Source: a virus
Lineage: Duplodnaviria > Caudoviricetes
DNA length: 44,717 nucleotides
Virus record (IMG/VR): IMGVR_UViG_3300016466_000173
Span: 1 to 44,717 of that record
Reading direction: 5' to 3' (one strand)
Under the pieces are notes generated by a model. The model was not told the DNA's origin. It saw only the letters and a program-made list of their open reading frames with translations, and did not search any database. Position 1 is the stretch's first letter. Every line of letters begins with the position of its first letter. The position numbers and the translations under genes are program-made. This document shows positions 28,185 through 35,987 of the stretch, one piece after another.

Positions 28185-28445
28185 TCAATTGCAACCGACC
28201 TGTATGCACAGGGTCAGCCCTGTCTGTTGCTCGTACCACTCATACGCCCGTTCATTGCGTATGTCGTACATTGTCTCAGTGTACTTGTCATATGCACCCA
28301 CTTCCCACGGGTGGTTCTTTATGTACCTCAGCCGTCCCTCACGCCCGTAGTTGTAGAAGTGTGGCAAAGTGTCGGCAGGGACGAAGTTCTCAAGGTACTG
28401 CTCAGCAGTGAACGTGTATGACGTTGGCTTATACTCAGTGTTCAT
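28185..28445 (-). CDS. Hypothetical early protein
   Basis: 86 aa, ATGA-coupled. Confidence 0.6.
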   Translation of the reverse strand: MNTEYKPTSYTFTAEQYLENFVPADTLPHFYNYGREGRLRYIKNHPWEVGAYDKYTETMYDIRNERAYEWYEQQTGLTLCIQVGCN

Positions 28446-28822
28446 ATCTCACCCCTTTCATATCTTACAAGACTCCCACTATCAGAACCTGTGCCCCACT
28501 CAATGTGGGCAAACAGGGTCTCGTCATACGCCCACCCCTCAGCAGGGGCAGGTAGCATAAGCCACTGCAGTGCGTCCGCAATGACCTCAGTTACTGCAGG
28601 GTCTCCGTCCCACTCCTTGTAGGACACCTCGAAGGCTGAAAGTTCGTCCCATACATAGCCACCCCGTGATAGCCCGTGTTGCACTTGGTTGTGCGTCAGA
28701 CGTGCGTGGTAGTAGTCAGTCACATAACCCTGTGACCCGTGGTAGAAGGCAGCCACGCCCCCGTCCTCTGTGACAATGGTGATATTGTCAATGGCTCCGT
28801 GTTGAATTACATTGTACTTCAT
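28442..28822 (-). CDS. Hypothetical early protein
   Basis: Start at MKYNV, 5 nt after the upstream stop codon. Confidence 0.6.
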   Translation of the reverse strand: MKYNVIQHGAIDNITIVTEDGGVAAFYHGSQGYVTDYYHARLTHNQVQHGLSRGGYVWDELSAFEVSYKEWDGDPAVTEVIADALQWLMLPAPAEGWAYDETLFAHIEWGTGSDSGSLVRYERGEI

Positions 28823-28827
28823 ATTTC

Positions 28828-29097
28828 TTAGAAAGTTAGGTATGTTCTGTAGTTGTGGTTGTACTGACGGCAAAAGAACTTCATAACGGAAACGTCATCT
28901 GTAAGCAGTACTACCTCATACAAGTGACCCTTTGTGCGTTTGAAGGACTCCTGTACCTCAAGTGCGTTCTCCTCGTCCGCAAGTGGTACAATAGTAAGAT
29001 TGGCTTTGTTCACCGCAATCACCCAATGGGTTGCAGTTACTTTGTCGGTCTCGTTTTCTTCCTGTGACAGGAAGAAGGTGTTTTGTTGGTTTGTCAT
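28828..29097 (-). CDS. Hypothetical early protein downstream of hammerhead 2
   Basis: 89 aa with AT-rich leader. Confidence 0.65.
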   Translation of the reverse strand: MTNQQNTFFLSQEENETDKVTATHWVIAVNKANLTIVPLADEENALEVQESFKRTKGHLYEVVLLTDDVSVMKFFCRQYNHNYRTYLTF

Positions 29098-29124
29098 ATA
29101 GTTTAAAATTAGGTTTGCTTGGTT

Positions 29125-29176
29125 GCCTGTTTCGTCCTGTTGGACTCGTCAGCACGGGCTTCACCCGTGGACAGGC
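29125..29176 (-). ncRNA. Type III hammerhead ribozyme 2
   Basis: GCCUGUC^CACGGG-UGAAG-CCCGUG-CUGACGA-GUCC-AACA-GGAC-GAA-ACAGGC; complete core, 6-bp stem III. Confidence 0.93.
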
Positions 29177-29181
29177 GGGGA

Positions 29182-29197
29182 GTGTCTTTGAAGACAC
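29182..29197. repeat. 16-bp palindromic motif copy 10 in an extended hairpin
   Basis: Exact copy flanked by CGGGGA/TGCCCCG. Confidence 0.95.
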
Positions 29198-29213
29198 TGC
29201 CCCGTTCTGTAGG

Positions 29214-30215
29214 TCACCTCACGTTTGGTGACCAAACCCCGTTGTGGGGGTCACGTGCGTCAGCGTCCCACGCAGAAAGGTGTATCTGCCTTGGGTCAAC
29301 CGCCACGGCTATCTCACGGCTCAGTTTGCCCTGCAAGATGAACCTGCGGTAGTGACGTGCCTTCTCAATCCGCTTCTCAGCCTCAGCCTCGTTGCCCCCG
29401 TACATTGACAGTATGATAGGACGGATACGCTTGAGGAAGGACTCGTGGGACGTGTTGGGTGCGTTCACCGCAGTGTCCACAAGGGCATAGAACAACTCGT
29501 ACCTGCGGATGCACTGCTTCACGCTCTCGAACCTGCTCACAACCCTAAACTCAAGCCCCTCAGAGCCGTCACTGAAAGACTTCTCAAGGGCATACTGATA
29601 GCGACCCCCGTGTCCCCCCTCACCCTGCCAATGACCTGCCTCATTGCGTCCAAAGAGCCTCAGATTGCCGTTGCAGTAGCCGTTCAGAAGACGCTTCTCA
29701 AACAGAGCGTGGATAATGCCACAAAACGGACGGATAGCCTTGCGTAGGTCATCTGAAGACATACCTTTCACGGTGATGGTCACGTGCCCACCGCACCTGC
29801 GGTCAGCAGGGCTATAGCGGGAGTCAATAATCTTCTCAGCCTGTACGAACAGGTCAAAGACCTTCGTCCGCCACTTGCCTTCGGGGAGCAGGGGCAAAAT
29901 GTGGGTGATAGCCTCATAACCGCAAGAGCCGTCACGCTCGAACCCCGCGAACAACGGGTACTCCTTCACGCTCGACCTGTGCAAGGTGTTCTTCTCAATC
30001 TCGAACCCGATAGTGAAACGGCTGATAAACTCACCCTGCTCCTGTAGGATAGCCCTACTGCGGTCTACAGGCTTCAACCCTACCACGTCCACAGGGAAGG
30101 CGGTTTTGTTGCGTTTTAGGGGCTTTGGTGCTCCGTGATAAGAGCGAATTTCGTCACGTCCGTAGTCACCTGTGTTGGTGTACGTGATACCTTGTAAAAT
30201 TTGATTGGTGTTCAT
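29214..30215 (-). CDS. Putative amidoligase (COOH-NH2 ligase, Amidoligase_2-like)
   Basis: IGFEIE, DGS..YE, CGGHVT and LEFR motifs; GATase-GGCT gene nearby. Confidence 0.75.
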   Translation of the reverse strand: MNTNQILQGITYTNTGDYGRDEIRSYHGAPKPLKRNKTAFPVDVVGLKPVDRSRAILQEQGEFISRFTIGFEIEKNTLHRSSVKEYPLFAGFERDGSCGYEAITHILPLLPEGKWRTKVFDLFVQAEKIIDSRYSPADRRCGGHVTITVKGMSSDDLRKAIRPFCGIIHALFEKRLLNGYCNGNLRLFGRNEAGHWQGEGGHGGRYQYALEKSFSDGSEGLEFRVVSRFESVKQCIRRYELFYALVDTAVNAPNTSHESFLKRIRPIILSMYGGNEAEAEKRIEKARHYRRFILQGKLSREIAVAVDPRQIHLSAWDADARDPHNGVWSPNVR

Positions 30216-30250
30216 ATCTGTGGTGTTTTTGGTTTAGTTAGTGAAGGGCA

Positions 30251-30266
30251 GTGTCTTTGAAGACAC
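30251..30266. repeat. 16-bp palindromic motif copy 11 in an extended hairpin
   Basis: Exact copy; GGGCG/UGCCC flanks on the - strand; intergenic. Confidence 0.95.
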
Positions 30267-30281
30267 CGCCCGTTGATTGGT

Positions 30282-30959
30282 TTAGTTAGATGACCCCCTT
30301 TGTGAAAGTGCACCCTGTAAGAACTGAATAGCAAGGGCTATCTCTTCCTCAGTGTTACCTGTGGTCACCTGCCCGTTCACGTCCACACGGATTGAGACGT
30401 TGCGACCTAACTGCAGGTCAGCAGCCTTGAAAGACAGGGTCAATATGGTGGGCACACGTACTTCCACTTCAGCAGCACTGCCTTCGCCTTCGCCTTCTCC
30501 GTCTCCTTCGCCTTCACTTCCACCACCTTTGGTGCTCTGTTCCGTCTCAGCCTGTGCCCTTGCGAACTTCAGCAACCCCTCAAGGGTTCTGTTCGGTTCA
30601 TTGCCTTCAGCCTCAGCCTCATCACACTTTGTGGTGAACAGGGCAATAACGTCCTGTGATAACTTCCCTGCCTTCAGCACCTTGTAAAAGTAGGACTTTT
30701 GCCACCCGAAAACTTTCTTCCCGAACTCTTCGTTTGACCACGTCACGCCTTCCTCACGGAAGACTGCCTTGCCTTCCTCAGACGTGAACCACTCGTGGGC
30801 TTTGACCACAAGGACTGACAGGGTCAGTGTGTTGTTGAACTTGCTCTTTTGAGCGTTTGTTAGTGTCCGTTGCACTCTACGGATTTCTGTGATTTGGAGT
30901 CCTGCCTTCACTGAAGGAAGGTTAAGGAGTGCCGACTCGATTTGCAATAAATTGCTCAT
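30282..30959 (-). CDS. First early gene; hypothetical with possible HTH and a G/E linker
   Basis: 225 aa; EEFGKKVFGWQKSYFYKVLK resembles an HTH; GEGDGEGEGEGS linker. Confidence 0.7.
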   Translation of the reverse strand: MSNLLQIESALLNLPSVKAGLQITEIRRVQRTLTNAQKSKFNNTLTLSVLVVKAHEWFTSEEGKAVFREEGVTWSNEEFGKKVFGWQKSYFYKVLKAGKLSQDVIALFTTKCDEAEAEGNEPNRTLEGLLKFARAQAETEQSTKGGGSEGEGDGEGEGEGSAAEVEVRVPTILTLSFKAADLQLGRNVSIRVDVNGQVTTGNTEEEIALAIQFLQGALSQRGSSN

Positions 30960-31021
30960 AATTTGTTGGTTTTTAGTTAGTTAGGTTGTTTTTAGCACCC
31001 CACTTGCGTAGCAGGGCGGTA

Positions 31022-31051
31022 CAAAGATAGTATAAAGAATGTACATTGCAA
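31022..31051 (-). promoter_or_regulatory. Major leftward early promoter TTG-N19-TATCTTTG
   Basis: Consensus with an upstream A-tract. Confidence 0.75.
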
Positions 31052-31089
31052 TACCTTTGGCAATTTTTTTTTAATTTTTTTTTCGTGCC

Positions 31090-31460
31090 CTGCAGTCACG
31101 GGCTTTGCCGTCCCTGTTTGTACGCCCTGTGGACGTGCTCTGTCCCTGCTGATTATTAAGGAAGGACAGGAGACGGGCGGTGGGCTAAAGAAGGTCTCTC
31201 TGTTTGCGTCCCTGTTTTCAGTGTCTTTGAAGACACGGGACGGGCGGAGACGGGGAAACCTGCAGGGGCGGACGGGCGGACGGCAGGGCGGAGACAGGCA
31301 GGGCAGGGCGGTGCTCCCACCACAGGCAGGGCAGGGCTGCAGGGGGCTGCGTAAAAACGTCAAAAAGTTCGGACGGGGAAACCGAAAGGTGACCCCCACC
31401 CCCTTGAGGCGGGGGGCGGTTCCGTGGGGGGTCGGCTCACGCAGGATGGCGGGGGAACCC
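31090..31460. other. GC-rich non-coding divergence region with GGGC(A/G)G repeats; possible genome terminus
   Basis: Lies between divergent promoters; repeated GGCAGGGC/GACGGGCGG units and G/C tracts. Confidence 0.55.
31221..31236. repeat. 16-bp palindromic motif copy 12
   Basis: Exact copy in the divergent non-coding region. Confidence 0.95.
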
Positions 31461-31468
31461 AAAACCTC

Positions 31469-31497
31469 TTGACATCTCACATTTTTTTGTAACTTTG
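31469..31497 (+). promoter_or_regulatory. Rightward promoter TTG...TAACTTTG
   Basis: -7 box ends 4 nt before the ATG at 31502. Confidence 0.65.
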
Positions 31498-31501
31498 TTG
31501 T

Positions 31502-31711
31502 ATGAAGAAGAATGTAATAAGCCTGATAGGCAAACCGGGTTTGACTGTAAAGAACGGTCGATTGATTAACAATATGCCTGATGGCACAATGGGTATACAA
31601 GCAGCAGCAGATGCGAGGAAGATGCGTAAGAGGGAGGAGAAGATTAGTATGATGGTGGAGGCAGATGTTAGAGCGAGTATGCGAGAGAAGATGCTTGGTC
31701 TCGAGGATTGA
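31502..31711 (+). CDS. Small hypothetical protein (monocistronic)
   Basis: Has its own promoter and terminator. Confidence 0.7.
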   Translation: MKKNVISLIGKPGLTVKNGRLINNMPDGTMGIQAAADARKMRKREEKISMMVEADVRASMREKMLGLED

Positions 31712-31744
31712 GTTGTTTGATATCTTTGGTTTTTTAGGTTAGGG

Positions 31745-31771
31745 AGAGGGCAGAGATGCCCTCTTTTTTTT
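31745..31771 (+). terminator. Rho-independent terminator
   Basis: GAGGGCA-GAGA-TGCCCTC followed by T8. Confidence 0.85.
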
Positions 31772-32063
31772 GTGTCGATTTTTTTTTGTGGGTAGTTGAT
31801 TTTCGTGTCTATAACTATATACTTTATCCACAGGGGGTAATTCTCTCTATAGTACTTATAATCTCTTTGATATATTTCTGACACTTCAATGTTGATTTAT
31901 ATGTCAATAATAAAGATATAACTTATTGATTTTCAATACTAATGTCAATAATGTCAATTTTAAGAGAAGTTTGTTACTATAAAAAAAATAATAAAAGGAG
32001 GAAAAAGAGAGAGAGAATAGGGGAGGATAAAATATGTCATTTCCATTTTGGCTTTAAAGTTTC

Positions 32064-32071
32064 TATATTTG
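32064..32071 (+). promoter_or_regulatory. -7 box TATATTTG upstream of groEL
   Basis: TAnnTTTG 22 nt before the ATG. Confidence 0.55.
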
Positions 32072-32093
32072 CACATCACTTTAATTAAATTGT

Positions 32094-33713
32094 ATGATAG
32101 ATAGTTCTGTTGGGTATTCACCTAAGGACCTTCAGTTTGGAGACGAGGGTCGCAAGAAATTAATCAGTGGCATATCAAAGATTGCCGGAGCAGTAAAGAG
32201 TACATTAGGACCGAGGGGCAATACTGTCCTGATAGAGTCAACCAATCACACGGGGGGTATAACAGTAACCAAGGATGGTGTAACTGTTGCTAAGGCAGTT
32301 GACCTGATGGACCCTGTAGAGAACCTTGCGGTGCGAATGATGAAGGAGGCAGCAGACAAGACTGCTAACTCAGCAGGTGACGGTACGACTACTGCGATTG
32401 TATTGACTGAGGCTATTGTGAAGTCAGGAGACCAACTGATGAACAGTGAGACCAATAGGACATTGGTACTGCGAGAGGTAGTGGAGATGGGCAACAAGGT
32501 GGTGGAGAACCTTACGGCAAGGCATACCAAAGTAACTGAGCAGACGTTGTTGGACGTAGCAACTATATCGGCAAATAACGATAAAGCCATTGGTGAGATT
32601 ATTGCCAATGTTTACAAGGAGATTGGCGAGAACGGTATTGTTACGGTTGAGAGGTCACAGACAACTGAGACGTATGCTGAGAGCACCCACGGGTTCAAGA
32701 TACAGAGGGGTTACTATTCGCCTTTGTTCATCAATGACCATAAGAAGGACGAGTGTGTTTATGAGGACGTGATGGTTCTGATAAGTGACGCTGAGATACA
32801 CAACCTGCTGCAGATAGAGCCTGTGCTGAAACCAATTATTTCAGAGGGGAAGAAGTTGCTTATTATAGCACCTTGCTCAGTGAACGTGGTGAACACATTG
32901 GCTGCCAATGTTGTGAAGAACAACTTGAAGGTATGTGCCATTGAGCCACCATCGTTTGGTTATAAGAAGCACGAGTTGATGCAGGACATTGCGTTGGCGG
33001 TAGGTGCAAAGTATTTCTCTGAGAAGACGGGTGACGACTTGAGTTTGATAACGTATGCTGACCTTGGTCACGCATCTAAGATTATCGTTGACTCGAAGAA
33101 CACTGTGATTATCAACTCTGAGTTTCGTACCGACTTCAATGAAGTCGAGAACAGGGTTGCTCAGTTGTGGGAGGCACATAAGGCTGCAAGTAAGAAGCAC
33201 GAGAAGGACTTCATCCTATCAAGGATAGCATCACTGACAGGTGGTGTTGGTGTCATCCACGTAGGTGGTACAACTGACATTGAGCAGAAGGAGACGTATG
33301 ACCGTGTTGATGACGCAGTGTGTGCAGTGAGGTCCGCTCTTGAGGAGGGCATACTTCCCGGAGCAGGTAAGGCGTTGTTTGAGGAGGCACTTGCTATCAA
33401 GCCTGAGGATGGTGACACCAAGGAGAGAGAGATAGCAAAGAAGATATTGCACCATTCACTTCAGATACCGCTTATGCAGATACTGCTGAACGCAGGGATG
33501 AACAGTGAGAAGGTGTATGGTCCTGAGCATATGAGAGAGAGTGGCTTCGGTTACAATGTGGTTACGGGTGAGTTAGGTGACCTGATTGAGATGGGTGTGA
33601 TTGACCCGGTGAAGGTGACACGCTCAGCATTGCAGAACGCCATCAGTGTAGCAACAACAATCCTTTCAACAAATGCCATTATCACAATGGCGAGAACATA
33701 CGAGACAAAGTAA
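32094..33713 (+). CDS. groEL: Phage chaperonin GroEL
   Basis: TLGPRG, TKDGVTVAK, GDGTTT, RVDDAV and GVIDP.KV motifs. Confidence 0.97.
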   Translation: MIDSSVGYSPKDLQFGDEGRKKLISGISKIAGAVKSTLGPRGNTVLIESTNHTGGITVTKDGVTVAKAVDLMDPVENLAVRMMKEAADKTANSAGDGTTTAIVLTEAIVKSGDQLMNSETNRTLVLREVVEMGNKVVENLTARHTKVTEQTLLDVATISANNDKAIGEIIANVYKEIGENGIVTVERSQTTETYAESTHGFKIQRGYYSPLFINDHKKDECVYEDVMVLISDAEIHNLLQIEPVLKPIISEGKKLLIIAPCSVNVVNTLAANVVKNNLKVCAIEPPSFGYKKHELMQDIALAVGAKYFSEKTGDDLSLITYADLGHASKIIVDSKNTVIINSEFRTDFNEVENRVAQLWEAHKAASKKHEKDFILSRIASLTGGVGVIHVGGTTDIEQKETYDRVDDAVCAVRSALEEGILPGAGKALFEEALAIKPEDGDTKEREIAKKILHHSLQIPLMQILLNAGMNSEKVYGPEHMRESGFGYNVVTGELGDLIEMGVIDPVKVTRSALQNAISVATTILSTNAIITMARTYETK

Positions 33714-33719
33714 AACAAC

Positions 33720-33812
33720 AGTCAGGTGGCGGAATGGTAAACGCTCGCTTCAAGGTGCGGTTAGTCAACGAAATGTAAAGCTAACGTACAGGTTCGAATC
33801 CTGTCCTGACTG
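33720..33812 (+). tRNA. Atypical tRNA (Leu-like, probably CAA) with a shortened anticodon stem and long variable arm
   Basis: Acceptor AGTCAGG/CCTGACT, D-arm GCGGAATGGTAAACGC, T-arm ACAGG-TTCGAAT-CCTGT; anticodon arm CGC-TTCAAGGT-GCG is irregular. Confidence 0.65.
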
Positions 33813-33831
33813 CAAACAAATAAATAAAAAT

Positions 33832-34230
33832 ATGAGCGGAGACGTAAAATTTGAAGGGACCCGTGAAGAATGGGAAACCTTAGTAAAAAGAAACAAAGTA
33901 TTTGCAATTGCCAAAGTTTGTCATCAAGCAAACAAAGCGTGGTGTGAGTCCCAAGGAGATTTATCTCAACCTGATTGGATTGATGCTCCTGAGTGGCAAG
34001 TAGAATCAGCAGTCAATGGTGTTAATTTTCGTTTAGACAATCCCGATGCCGGACCTGATGCTATGCACAATAATTGGAGTGCTGAGAAAGTATCTCAAGG
34101 ATGGAAGTGGGGACCCATAAAAGATGCTGACAAGAAAGAGCATCCTTGTTTGGTTCCGTTTGACCAATTACCTGAGTTTCAACAGAAGAAGGATAAGTTG
34201 TTCTCTGCTATTGTAGATGCATTAAAGTAA
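33832..34230 (+). CDS. RyR-domain protein
   Basis: HNNW..K...GW.WG..D..KK.HPCLVPF..LPE..KD signature; true start at MSGDV after the tRNA. Confidence 0.85.
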   Translation: MSGDVKFEGTREEWETLVKRNKVFAIAKVCHQANKAWCESQGDLSQPDWIDAPEWQVESAVNGVNFRLDNPDAGPDAMHNNWSAEKVSQGWKWGPIKDADKKEHPCLVPFDQLPEFQQKKDKLFSAIVDALK

Positions 34231-34239
34231 GAACGAGAA

Positions 34240-34485
34240 ATGATAAAGAACAAAAGAGATGCAATAGCACAACATCTTATGCTTGACTATTCAGAGGTTG
34301 AGGACTATAGGTATCACTATGGTCATACAACACAACCTGTTTATGCTATTACAGATTGTTACTACTGTGCAACTAAAGGGAGTCAAAAACCCGCTAAACA
34401 CAGGAGTGGTATGGAGTGGGATTGGCAAGAAGAAAAAGATTCATTCGTAAATCAGAATGGATACAAGATATGGAAATCAAATTAA
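34240..34485 (+). CDS. Hypothetical protein
   Basis: 81 aa in the operon. Confidence 0.6.
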   Translation: MIKNKRDAIAQHLMLDYSEVEDYRYHYGHTTQPVYAITDCYYCATKGSQKPAKHRSGMEWDWQEEKDSFVNQNGYKIWKSN

Positions 34486-34492
34486 TTAATTA

Positions 34493-34717
34493 ATGATAAA
34501 GAAGGTTCAGATGTTTACTGTAGTATGTGACAACTGCAAGGTTGACGCATTTGATGGACAGGAGATAACCTGTTGGAATAACAAAGACTTTACTGAGGAC
34601 GTAGCAATAGAGTCAGGTTATATCAAGGATGGTGACAAGCATTACTGTCCTGAGTGTGCATACTACGATGATGAGGACCAATTAAGAATAATCACAGACA
34701 ATGATAGCGATAGGTAA
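34493..34717 (+). CDS. Small Zn-binding hypothetical protein
   Basis: CDNC and HYCPEC motifs. Confidence 0.65.
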   Translation: MIKKVQMFTVVCDNCKVDAFDGQEITCWNNKDFTEDVAIESGYIKDGDKHYCPECAYYDDEDQLRIITDNDSDR

Positions 34718-34976
34718 AAACATAATCGTCAATGACATTGACGAGGAGATTAAGACAGAGTCCGGGTTACTTCTTTCGGCAGAGGATGCCAAAGGGTTTA
34801 GGTACAAGAAGGCTAAGGTTGTGACACCGGGCACTGACGTGACGGTCATCAATCCGGGAGATGAGATATACTATGACAAGTCGCACTCATACACGATGGT
34901 CATCGGTGACACACCGTACACCATCATTCAGGAGCGTGATGTCGTTGTTGTCTCACATAGGCATTCATCTCTTTGA
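34701..34976 (+). CDS. groES: Co-chaperonin GroES
   Basis: KTESGLLL mobile loop, V..PG, PGDEIYY and I.ERDVV motifs. Confidence 0.85.
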   Translation: MIAIGKNIIVNDIDEEIKTESGLLLSAEDAKGFRYKKAKVVTPGTDVTVINPGDEIYYDKSHSYTMVIGDTPYTIIQERDVVVVSHRHSSL

Positions 34977-35385
34977 TGAACTCTCTGTACTTACGGTCTG
35001 AGTAAGACACGTTCTTGGCAAAGATTGGATTAGTTGATTGGCTAACGGGGATTTCTTCCCCGTTTAGTTTTTTATAGATAGAGCCAATTACACGTTTGCC
35101 TTTGTATGAGATTTCGTACAGAGCCTTTTGTTTTGTCTTGGGGTTGTATGGTCTGAAGCAAGATATCCATTCATCACGCAGGAGTCTATCGAAGCGGTCT
35201 TCGTCCCACGATAGCAGTTCATCAAACTCCTCGAACTTATCCTTGTTGAAATATTTTTCTGAGTACAAGAACAGGAGAACATCAAGGTCAGACTGAGTCA
35301 AGCCATACTTGGCTTTGACAAAGTATCGGATGACTCTCCAATACTTTAGGTAGTCATTGTTTGGTTTGTTTCCACGGAATGCCAT
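34924..35385 (-). CDS. Winged-helix (MarR-like) DNA-binding protein
   Basis: KYGLTQSDLDVLLFLY..RLLRDEWI..YEISYKGK; the only - strand gene in the right arm. Confidence 0.65.
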   Translation of the reverse strand: MAFRGNKPNNDYLKYWRVIRYFVKAKYGLTQSDLDVLLFLYSEKYFNKDKFEEFDELLSWDEDRFDRLLRDEWISCFRPYNPKTKQKALYEISYKGKRVIGSIYKKLNGEEIPVSQSTNPIFAKNVSYSDRKYREFIKEMNAYVRQQRHHAPE

Positions 35386-35399
35386 TAGATTAAATTTAT

Positions 35400-35417
35400 T
35401 AACTTTGTGCAAAGTTA
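35400..35417. promoter_or_regulatory. Palindromic pair of face-to-face -7 boxes TAACTTTG-TG-CAAAGTTA
   Basis: One box per strand, between the divergent ATGs at 35385 and 35425. Confidence 0.7.
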
Positions 35418-35424
35418 TTATAAT

Positions 35425-35697
35425 ATGCCACAGAAAAAACAGGAGGAAAAGCAGGAGACTTCGGTTGCAAGGTCACCATTGACTGATGACTTGAAGACTA
35501 AGTTGTCTGATATTGCGTTCAAAAACTCCCAAGTTAAGCAGATTATGGACGAAAATGCCTCATTGAAGAAGCAATTGGGCAATCGTGGACGTACTGCAAA
35601 CCGCAAACAAGCAGGTTCAGGCAGTGCTATTCCGGGTCTTGCAAGGCTTGGAAGTGCCCCTGAAATGCCCGGTGGCTACTCTAAAAAGGGAAGATAA
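35425..35697 (+). CDS. Small basic hypothetical protein
   Basis: Start at MPQKK. Confidence 0.65.
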   Translation: MPQKKQEEKQETSVARSPLTDDLKTKLSDIAFKNSQVKQIMDENASLKKQLGNRGRTANRKQAGSGSAIPGLARLGSAPEMPGGYSKKGR

Positions 35698-35987
35698 TGG
35701 CAGATAAGAGTAAAATGAAGTGCAATGTGCCCCGTCCTTCTGACCGTCCGGGTAAGAAGATGATGGTTAAAGCCTGTTCAGGTGGCACTGAGAAACTATT
35801 GCACTTTGGTGCTAAGGGTTACGGGCACAATTATTCTGCTGCTGCACGTAAAAGTTTCAAGGCACGTCACAGTTGTGACACTGCCAATGATAAGTTGACA
35901 CCAAGGTATTGGGCTTGTAAGAAATTATGGGCAGGACCCGGAGGCTCAACACAGTCATCACCTAAATCTAAAAGAGGTAAGTACTGA
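35697..35987 (+). CDS. Small basic phage protein (HFG..ARKSFKARH.C..YW family)
   Basis: Motif recurrent in phage hypotheticals (from recall); coupled to neighbours. Confidence 0.75.
   Translation: MADKSKMKCNVPRPSDRPGKKMMVKACSGGTEKLLHFGAKGYGHNYSAAARKSFKARHSCDTANDKLTPRYWACKKLWAGPGGSTQSSPKSKRGKY

Noticed and set aside
30992-31600. 202-aa - strand ORF and 83-aa + strand ORF over the GC-rich region
   Set aside because: P/R/G-rich products of low-complexity repeats; they overlap promoters and lack plausible leaders.
33745-33760. UCA (opal suppressor) reading of the tRNA anticodon and stop-codon recoding
   Set aside because: That register gives no anticodon stem, and genes are intact under the standard code with TGA used as a stop.
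33673-33831. N-terminal extension of the RyR ORF in the track
   Set aside because: Overlaps the groEL end and the tRNA; the A-rich leader supports the ATG at 33832.
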